From sequence record SRR20825010_3053: a stretch of DNA of 34,404 nt; one strand, written 5' to 3'. The translations under genes were made by a program, and so were the position numbers. Under the pieces are notes generated by a model, which was given only the letters and a program-made list of their open reading frames with translations, was not told the DNA's origin and searched no databases. Below are positions 28,684-34,404 of this stretch, in pieces (position 1 is the first letter of the stretch; each line of letters starts with the position of its first letter).

Positions 28684-29541
28684 TTACTTCAACAACTCCT
28701 CAAAAACCTTCTGAACATACACCGTAATCGTACCTAAGTATTCAAAATTGATGGTTTCAAAAGTATCAGTTGATTTGTGGTAATGCGGAGTAGTGTCTTT
28801 GTTTACGTATTCTTCGGTCAATCCAATGGCATTAAAGCCCACATTCCTGAAAGAGCGGTGATCGGTAGAAGTGACAGTAGACATGTGGATAGGGAACTCA
28901 TACCCATAGTCCTTGGCCACTTTTAGGTAATGCCCTTTTAGTGCTTCTGTAGGCATTTCCAACTCAAAACCACGATCACCATCATTATCCCAACCCATTT
29001 GGTCAATGGTGTGTACTGAGACAATATTAAAGTTCTCATCCTTTAGCTTTTTCGCATAGGCTTTACTACCTATTAGGCCGCGCTCTTCTTCATCAAAGAA
29101 AACAATCTTCACATTGTACTTACGCAAACTCAAACCTGCAATATGCTTGGCTACTGAATAGACCAAAGCAGTGCCAGAAGCATTGTCATTCGCCCCAGGG
29201 CAATCTTTTACAGAATCATAATGAGCACCTAACACCACCCACTCGTTAGTTTTAGTTGTCGCCATTATTGTCCCCACTACATTATTCCCCGTAGCACTGT
29301 AGCTTTCTATTTCAACTTGATCGATGAATTTTGAGAGTTCTGTTTTTAGGAAAGCTGCCACCATTTCACGCGATTCTTGCGCGTGACGGTCTTTTAGTTT
29401 TGTATTGCCTTTGATTTCTGTGTGGCCAGTAAGCTTAGAGGTTAAGTCTACTTGTTCTTGAAGTTTTCGCCCCTGGAAGGCCAACGAGTTGAAAGAAAAA
29501 AGAAGAATTGCAGCAACTAAAAAATTCAATTTACGGGTCAT
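28684..29541 (-). CDS. Secreted M28-family Zn metallopeptidase
   Basis: GAHYDS, PGANDNASG, FDEEERGLIGS, DQMG, TDHRSF, HYHKSTD; signal peptide. Confidence 0.9.
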   Translation of the reverse strand: MTRKLNFLVAAILLFSFNSLAFQGRKLQEQVDLTSKLTGHTEIKGNTKLKDRHAQESREMVAAFLKTELSKFIDQVEIESYSATGNNVVGTIMATTKTNEWVVLGAHYDSVKDCPGANDNASGTALVYSVAKHIAGLSLRKYNVKIVFFDEEERGLIGSKAYAKKLKDENFNIVSVHTIDQMGWDNDGDRGFELEMPTEALKGHYLKVAKDYGYEFPIHMSTVTSTDHRSFRNVGFNAIGLTEEYVNKDTTPHYHKSTDTFETINFEYLGTITVYVQKVFEELLK

Positions 29542-29673
29542 GTCTTAAGAGTTTTTTGAATTCACAATTTAGAATATTCCTCAATGATAAAAATAGGAAT
29601 GTCGGTTGAATGGCATTTCATTTCAACTTATGAACGAAAGAAATGTCCCCTGATGTAAATTTCCAATTTTCTG

Positions 29674-29704
29674 TTTGCTTTAAAAAAATCCTTTCCTAGA
29701 TTTG
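29674..29704 (+). promoter_or_regulatory. trp operon promoter
   Basis: TTTG (29674-29677), 19-nt spacer, TAGATTTG (29697-29704): an exact Bacteroidota -33/-7 consensus. Confidence 0.75.
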
Positions 29705-29711
29705 GGGCATA

Positions 29712-29768
29712 ATGAGAAACACAAATTTACATAGCGCATGGTGGTGGCATTTAACTGAACTCAGTTGA
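29712..29768 (+). CDS. trpL: trp operon leader peptide
   Basis: MRNTNLHSAWWWHLTELS*, with three consecutive TGG codons, lies between the promoter and a terminator upstream of trpE. Confidence 0.88.
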   Translation: MRNTNLHSAWWWHLTELS

Positions 29769-29803
29769 TGTGAACTCATGCTATACGTAATCTAACGATA
29801 TTC

Positions 29804-29832
29804 AAAAGCCTGCTTCACGCAGGCTTTTTTTT
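29804..29832 (+). terminator. trp attenuator terminator
   Basis: AAAAGCCTGC-TTCAC-GCAGGCTTTTTTTT. The loop TTCAC is complementary to GTGAA at 29770-29774 (candidate antiterminator pairing). Confidence 0.88.
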
Positions 29833-29858
29833 GTTTTAGGCCATTGAAGAACCATAAA

Positions 29859-31268
29859 ATGAACAAGATTAAATTAAATACTACCTCGCAAAAACTACTG
29901 GCAGATACAGTTACCCCAGTGAGTATCTACTTGAAGTTGCGCGACAAATACGAGAACCCAATTTTGTTGGAAAGCTCTGATTATCATGGAAATGACAACA
30001 GCTTTTCTTACATCTGTTGCGAACCGCTGGCCAGTTTTAAGTTGAAGGATGGTCAATTGACAAAGCAGCTGCCAGGCCAAGCGGAAACGCAATACCAAGT
30101 GGAAAACAGTAAGGTTGGCGATGAACTGAGCGCTTTTTCTAAAAGCTTCGAATCCGATGATAACCCTTATAAATTCATCAATAATGGCCTTTTCGGTTAC
30201 ATTGGCTACGATGCAGTCAAGTATTTCGAGAACATTCCGGTAAATGAGAAGAAGGAAGATCAATATGGGATTCCCGATGTGCTTTACCATGTGTACCGCT
30301 ATGTCATCGCCATCGACCATTTCAAAAACGAACTCTATGTTTTTGAGCATTCACCAGAAGGGACCGAACCCAAAGGCTTGGAGCCAATTATCAATTTGGT
30401 GAACAATAAGAATTACCCTTCTTATGAATTCAAAACGGTAGCCGAGGAAAGTTCCAACTATACAGATGATGAGTTTTTGAACATCATTCAAAAAGGAATT
30501 GACCATTGCCACAGAGGAGATGTCTTCCAGATTGTGCTTTCAAGAAGATTCCAGAAAGGCTTTAAGGGAGATGAATTCAACGTATATCGTGCTCTAAGAT
30601 CGGTAAATCCTTCGCCTTACCTTTTCTATTTTGATTATGGAAGCTTCAAAATATTCGGTTCTTCACCCGAAGCACAATTGGTCATTAAAGATGGTGAGGC
30701 TACTATTCACCCCATTGCAGGTACATTTAAACGTACTGGAAACGATGAGGCAGATGCAGAGTTGGCCAAAGCACTACACAATGACCCAAAGGAAAATTCG
30801 GAACACGTTATGTTGGTAGATTTGGCTCGTAATGACCTAAGCCGCGCTGGATCGAATGTGAAAGTGGATACCTACAAAGAAATTCAATACTACTCACATG
30901 TCATTCATTTGGTATCGAAGGTAACGGGAACGTTGAATCCCGATGTGCTTTCAACCGATATGGTAACGGGTACTTTCCCGGCAGGAACACTTTCTGGAGC
31001 TCCGAAAGTACGTGCCATGCAATTAATCAACGAATACGAAAAAACTAGACGAGGCTATTACGGTGGTGCTATCGGCTTCATGGGCTTTGATGGCAATTTC
31101 AACCATGCCATTATGATCCGTTCTTTTCTGAGCAAAAACAGCAATCTACATTTCCAAGCAGGCGCTGGCGTAGTCGCTAAATCAGACAAGGCTTCTGAGT
31201 TGCAAGAAGTAAATAATAAACTCGGGGCGTTGAGAAAGGCCATTGAAATGGCGGAGAATATTAGATAG
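29859..31268 (+). CDS. trpE: Anthranilate synthase component I
   Basis: LADTVTPV, LLESSD, GDVFQIVLS, NPSPY, SSPE, PIAGT, EHVMLVDLARND, FPAGTLSGAPK, QAGAG. The ATG at 29859 is preferred to the TTG at 29844. Confidence 0.96.
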   Translation: MNKIKLNTTSQKLLADTVTPVSIYLKLRDKYENPILLESSDYHGNDNSFSYICCEPLASFKLKDGQLTKQLPGQAETQYQVENSKVGDELSAFSKSFESDDNPYKFINNGLFGYIGYDAVKYFENIPVNEKKEDQYGIPDVLYHVYRYVIAIDHFKNELYVFEHSPEGTEPKGLEPIINLVNNKNYPSYEFKTVAEESSNYTDDEFLNIIQKGIDHCHRGDVFQIVLSRRFQKGFKGDEFNVYRALRSVNPSPYLFYFDYGSFKIFGSSPEAQLVIKDGEATIHPIAGTFKRTGNDEADAELAKALHNDPKENSEHVMLVDLARNDLSRAGSNVKVDTYKEIQYYSHVIHLVSKVTGTLNPDVLSTDMVTGTFPAGTLSGAPKVRAMQLINEYEKTRRGYYGGAIGFMGFDGNFNHAIMIRSFLSKNSNLHFQAGAGVVAKSDKASELQEVNNKLGALRKAIEMAENIR

Positions 31269-31293
31269 TGGTTAAAAGTTAAGAGAAATGAGT
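31259..31293 (+). repeat. Heptamer array, left (AG) arm of the four-helix-bundle cassette
   Basis: TATTAGA TAGTGGT TAAAAGT TAAGAGA AATGAGT; contains the trpE stop and the next ATG. Confidence 0.6.
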
Positions 31294-31692
31294 ATTCACA
31301 GTTTTACGGATTTGGAGGTTTGGAAGAAGGCAAGGGTGCTGAGAAAGAGTATTTCAACTTTAACTCAAAAATTTCCTGCTGATGAAACGTTCAAATTAAC
31401 CGACCAGATCAAACGTTCGAGTAGGTCGATCACGGCAAATATTGCTGAAGGTTGCGGTCGATTTCACTACCAAGAGAATATTCAGTTCTGTAGAATAGCA
31501 AGAGGCTCCTTGACCGAGACTTTAGACCATTTAATTGTTGCCTCCGATGAAGGGTATATCGATGAACAAACTTTAAAGAATTATGAATCTCAATTGACCG
31601 AGGTTAAGAAAATATTGAATGGGTATATCAAATATCTCGCAAAGGCGAAACAATTGCCATTAGATACCGATGAAACTCTCCCTAATAACTAA
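31288..31692 (+). CDS. Four-helix-bundle protein (23S rRNA intervening-sequence protein / Avd-like family)
   Basis: SFTDLEVWKKA, FPADETFKLTDQIKRSSRSITANIAEG, F..IARGSLTE, GYI, ILNGYIKYL. Confidence 0.92.
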   Translation: MSIHSFTDLEVWKKARVLRKSISTLTQKFPADETFKLTDQIKRSSRSITANIAEGCGRFHYQENIQFCRIARGSLTETLDHLIVASDEGYIDEQTLKNYESQLTEVKKILNGYIKYLAKAKQLPLDTDETLPNN

Positions 31693-31715
31693 TTTCTAAT
31701 TACTCATAACTAAAA
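31681..31715 (+). repeat. Heptamer array, right (CT) arm of the four-helix-bundle cassette
   Basis: CCTAATA ACTAATT TCTAATT ACTCATA ACTAAAA; contains the gene's stop codon. Confidence 0.7.
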
Positions 31716-31731
31716 GTGAGCAAAGCGAACG

Positions 31732-32313
31732 ATGATGATACTAATACTAGATAACTACGATTCTTTCACCTACAACTTGGTGCATTACCTTCGCGAGTTG
31801 GCTGAAAATGCAGAAATGACAGTAGTACGAAATGATCAAATTACACTGGACGAAGTGGAGGCATATGATAAAATTCTACTTTCTCCTGGGCCAGGTATTC
31901 CTGAAGAAGCGGGGATTATGCCTGAATTGATCAAGCGTTTTGGCGCAACCAAAAGCATTTTGGGCGTTTGCTTGGGGCATCAGGCTATTGCCGAAGCCTA
32001 TGGAGCGTCACTTTATAATATGACTGAAGTGCTGCATGGCGTTTCAAGCAAAATTAAAGTGGTGAAGACGGATGACAGACTATTCAATGGAATTCCAAGC
32101 GAATATGAAATCTGTCACTATCATAGCTGGAATGTGAATAAAGCGGATTTAGGAAATGAACTTGAAGTAACGGCCTATGACGAGCTCGGTGAAATTATGG
32201 CCATCAGTCATAAAACATATGATGTGAAAGGAGTTCAATTTCACCCAGAGTCGATCATGACAGAGCATGGGCATAAGCTACTTGAGAATTGGCTCAATGC
32301 CGAGGCTCAGTAA
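31732..32313 (+). CDS. trpG: Anthranilate synthase component II (glutamine amidotransferase)
   Basis: DNYDSFTYNL, SPGPG, GVCLGHQ, YHSW, QFHPES. Confidence 0.95.
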   Translation: MMILILDNYDSFTYNLVHYLRELAENAEMTVVRNDQITLDEVEAYDKILLSPGPGIPEEAGIMPELIKRFGATKSILGVCLGHQAIAEAYGASLYNMTEVLHGVSSKIKVVKTDDRLFNGIPSEYEICHYHSWNVNKADLGNELEVTAYDELGEIMAISHKTYDVKGVQFHPESIMTEHGHKLLENWLNAEAQ

Positions 32314-32319
32314 AGAGAA

Positions 32320-32394
32320 AAGGAGTTATGGGTTATGAGTTCTCACCTGATAGCAAGTACTCATAACTAATTCCTCAATAACTAATAACTAGTT
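32320..32394 (+). repeat. Heptamer inverted-repeat element between trpG and trpD
   Basis: AAGGAGT TATGGGT TATGAGT, 18-nt spacer, ACTCATA ACTAATT CCTCAATA ACTAATA ACTAGTT; GTTATGAGT/ACTCATAAC form a perfect 9-bp pair. Confidence 0.8.
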
Positions 32395-32401
32395 AAACAA
32401 G

Positions 32402-33388
32402 ATGAAAGACATACTAAATCAACTTATCGAATACAAATCGTTGGATAAAACCACAGCAAAGGAGATTTTGATGAACCTCACGCTGGGGAAATACAACCAA
32501 AGTCAGGTGGCTGCATTTCTTACTGTTTACCTGATGCGTAGTATTACGGTAGAAGAACTCGAAGGCTTTCGCGATGCCATGTTGGAACTTTGCGTACCGG
32601 TAGATATCCCAGAATACGATGCCATTGACCTTTGCGGAACGGGCGGAGACGGAAAGAATACCTTTAACATTTCCACGCTAAGCTCATTTATTGTGGCTGG
32701 TGCAGGGCAAAACGTAGCCAAGCACGGAAATAATGGCGTGTCGTCTGTTTCTGGTTCTTCTAACCTTATGGCACATTTCGGTTACGAATTTACCAACGAC
32801 ATTGGCAAACTGAAAAAGAGTTTGGACGAAAGTGGAATTGCCTTTTTGCATGCACCACTTTTTCACCCAGCCATGAAAAACGTAGCACCCATTCGAAGAG
32901 ACTTGGGCGTAAAAACCTTCTTTAATATGTTGGGACCGATGGTAAACCCTTCATTCCCAAAGAAACAATTAGTAGGTGTGTTTAGTCTAGAGTTGGCCAG
33001 ACTTTACGGCTACCTTTACCAAAAAACTGATAAGCAGTTTGTGATTTTGCATGCGCTCGATGGTTATGATGAAATTTCATTGACAGGAGGTTTTAAGAAA
33101 ATTACTCATTTGCAGGAAGAAATTGTTCAACCCGAAGATTTAGGATTAACTAGAATTCAACCCGAAGCCATTTTTGGTGGTGAAACGGTGGAAGAATCGG
33201 CTAAGATTTTCGAGAAGATATTAAAAGGCGAAGGCACAAAAGCCCAAAACGAAGTGGTGATTGCCAATTCGGCTATGGCCTTGCAATGTGGTAAAGGCTA
33301 TAGCACCGATAATGCAGTGGGTTACGCACGGGAGTCACTCGAATCGGGGAAGGCATTGAAGACGTTTAAAAAGATACTTGACTTGTAG
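32402..33388 (+). CDS. trpD: Anthranilate phosphoribosyltransferase
   Basis: DLCGTGGDG, FNIST, KHGN, FHPAMK, FNMLGP, GYDEIS. Confidence 0.96.
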   Translation: MKDILNQLIEYKSLDKTTAKEILMNLTLGKYNQSQVAAFLTVYLMRSITVEELEGFRDAMLELCVPVDIPEYDAIDLCGTGGDGKNTFNISTLSSFIVAGAGQNVAKHGNNGVSSVSGSSNLMAHFGYEFTNDIGKLKKSLDESGIAFLHAPLFHPAMKNVAPIRRDLGVKTFFNMLGPMVNPSFPKKQLVGVFSLELARLYGYLYQKTDKQFVILHALDGYDEISLTGGFKKITHLQEEIVQPEDLGLTRIQPEAIFGGETVEESAKIFEKILKGEGTKAQNEVVIANSAMALQCGKGYSTDNAVGYARESLESGKALKTFKKILDL

Positions 33389-33513
33389 TTATTAGTGTAT
33401 GAGAAATGAGTTATGAGGAAAAGGGAATCCTACTTTTTGATTTCTGGTTCAGCAGAAAAGATTGAATTACCTCAGTTACTTAATAACCAATAACTAATAA
33501 CCAATAACTAACA
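33383..33513 (+). repeat. Heptamer inverted-repeat element between trpD and trpC
   Basis: TTGTAGT TATTAGT g TATGAGA AATGAGT TATGAGG, about 50-nt spacer, then ACTTAATA ACCAATA ACTAATA ACCAATA ACTAACA. Confidence 0.8.
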
Positions 33514-33517
33514 CAGA

Positions 33518-34318
33518 ATGGATATTTTACAAAAAATCATAACATACAAAGAGAAAGAAGTAGCCGAACGAAAAGGGCTTTTCCCTCCTAAGTTATTAGA
33601 GCAGAGCATTTACTTCGAGAGCAAGACCGTTTCGCTGAAAAAGTATTTGCTGCGCGAAGATAAATCGGGAATTATAGCAGAATTCAAGCGTAAATCGCCT
33701 TCAAAAGGAGTAATCAATGCGCATGCGAAGGTAGAACGCACTACTATCGGTTACATGCAGGCAGGCGCTTCGGCACTTTCTGTACTGACGGATTCTGAGT
33801 TTTTCGGAGGAAAGAATGAAGACCTTTCTACGGCCAGAAAATTTAACTTTTGCCCTGTATTAAGAAAGGACTTTATCATTGATGAATACCAAATTATTGA
33901 AGCCAAGTCGATTGGGGCCGATGCTATTTTGCTGATTGCGGCTTGCTTGACGCCAGAGCGATTGAAAGAATTGGCGGCATTTGCCAAAACGCTTCAGTTA
34001 GAAGTGCTGATGGAAATTCACAATGAAGAAGAGTTACATCCGTACCTCTCTCCAGATTTGGACGCGGTAGGAGTAAACAACCGCAACCTTAAGACTTTCG
34101 AAACCAGTATTGAAACTTCAAAAATGTTGGTGGACAAAATTCCGAATGAATTTGTGAAGATTTCAGAAAGCGGTATTAGCGACCCTGCTACGATTGTCGA
34201 GTTGAAAAAGGTAGGCTTCCAAGGCTTTCTAATTGGAGAAACCTTTATGAAAACGGGTCGGCCAGAGCGCGCAGCTGCTGAGTTTATTGAGCAAGTCAGG
34301 AAACAGTTGATCGGTTGA
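33518..34318 (+). CDS. trpC: Indole-3-glycerol phosphate synthase
   Basis: IAEFKRKSPSKG, SVLTD, LRKDF, GADAILLI, GVNNRNL, SESGI, LIGE. Confidence 0.96.
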   Translation: MDILQKIITYKEKEVAERKGLFPPKLLEQSIYFESKTVSLKKYLLREDKSGIIAEFKRKSPSKGVINAHAKVERTTIGYMQAGASALSVLTDSEFFGGKNEDLSTARKFNFCPVLRKDFIIDEYQIIEAKSIGADAILLIAACLTPERLKELAAFAKTLQLEVLMEIHNEEELHPYLSPDLDAVGVNNRNLKTFETSIETSKMLVDKIPNEFVKISESGISDPATIVELKKVGFQGFLIGETFMKTGRPERAAAEFIEQVRKQLIG

Positions 34319-34404
34319 TCAGGGAATCAGAAAACAGGAAATCGGGGAACCCATATTCTTATTGAAAGTTCTCTCTAACTACTAACTACTAACTACTAAC
34401 TACT
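34294..34404 (+). repeat. Heptamer element after trpC (truncated by the window edge)
   Basis: Purine-rich units AGTCAGG AAACAGT GATCGGT GATCAGG AATCAGA AAACAGG at 7-8 nt spacing, then TCTAACT (ACTAACT)x3 ACT from 34374. Confidence 0.7.

Noticed and set aside
28711-28734. Activator box for the candidate sigma-54 site at 28635-28650
   Set aside because: There is a single poor match (ACACCG-N4-CGTACC) inside a coding region and no partner box at 22 bp.
29601-29636. Possible LytTR-type direct repeat (TGAATG / TGAACG) upstream of the M28 peptidase
   Set aside because: It is only a 6-nt imperfect match with 24-nt spacing, too weak to support.
31288-31692. Diversity-generating retroelement (Avd-like gene)
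   Set aside because: There is no reverse transcriptase and no template/variable repeat pair differing at adenines in the window.
32314-33517. TRAP-binding (G/U)AG repeats
   Set aside because: GAG/TAG triplets are present but with period 7 rather than the optimal 5. The operon already has a leader-peptide attenuator, and a similar array occurs outside the trp operon.
628-33987. Short antisense or alternate-frame ORFs in the track (e.g. 628-897, 3027-3464, 11615-11971, 16063-16332, 29895-30350)
   Set aside because: They overlap well-supported genes or regulatory regions and have no recognisable motifs; treated as shadow ORFs.
31259-34404. CRISPR array or classical IS/MITE explanation for the trp repeats
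   Set aside because: The units are 7 nt and degenerate, with no 23-47-nt repeat/spacer structure, cas genes, transposase or discernible target-site duplication.

Overview
This is an AT-rich chromosomal window from a Bacteroidota genome, probably Cytophagales-like; the assignment is inferred from TAnnTTTG promoters, A-rich starts without Shine-Dalgarno motifs, and gene content. From the left it holds the 5' end of a tRNA-Ser, a large VPS10/BNR beta-propeller protein, two divergent MacB/FtsX-type ABC permeases, a DEAD-box helicase, an HMA protein, trkH/trkA, mscS and queA. It continues with a ribosomal protein THX gene missed by the ORF track, pxpABC with NTF2 and SDR genes, ddl, a YcsG-like NRAMP transporter, an EEP nuclease lipoprotein, miaE and an M28 peptidase. 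It ends with the start of a trp operon (Trp-rich leader and attenuator, trpE, trpG, trpD, trpC). The most unusual signal is a degenerate 7-nt-periodic inverted-repeat element, [N4-AG-W]n...[W-CT-N4]n. It sits at every trp gene junction and also after an ABC permease gene. In one copy the two arms bracket a four-helix-bundle (23S rRNA IVP/Avd-like) gene; the other copies are empty or nearly so. Also seen: candidate sigma-54 promoters with paired upstream boxes, candidate ECF promoters, and a LytTR gene remnant. All family calls come from motif recognition; no searches were run.
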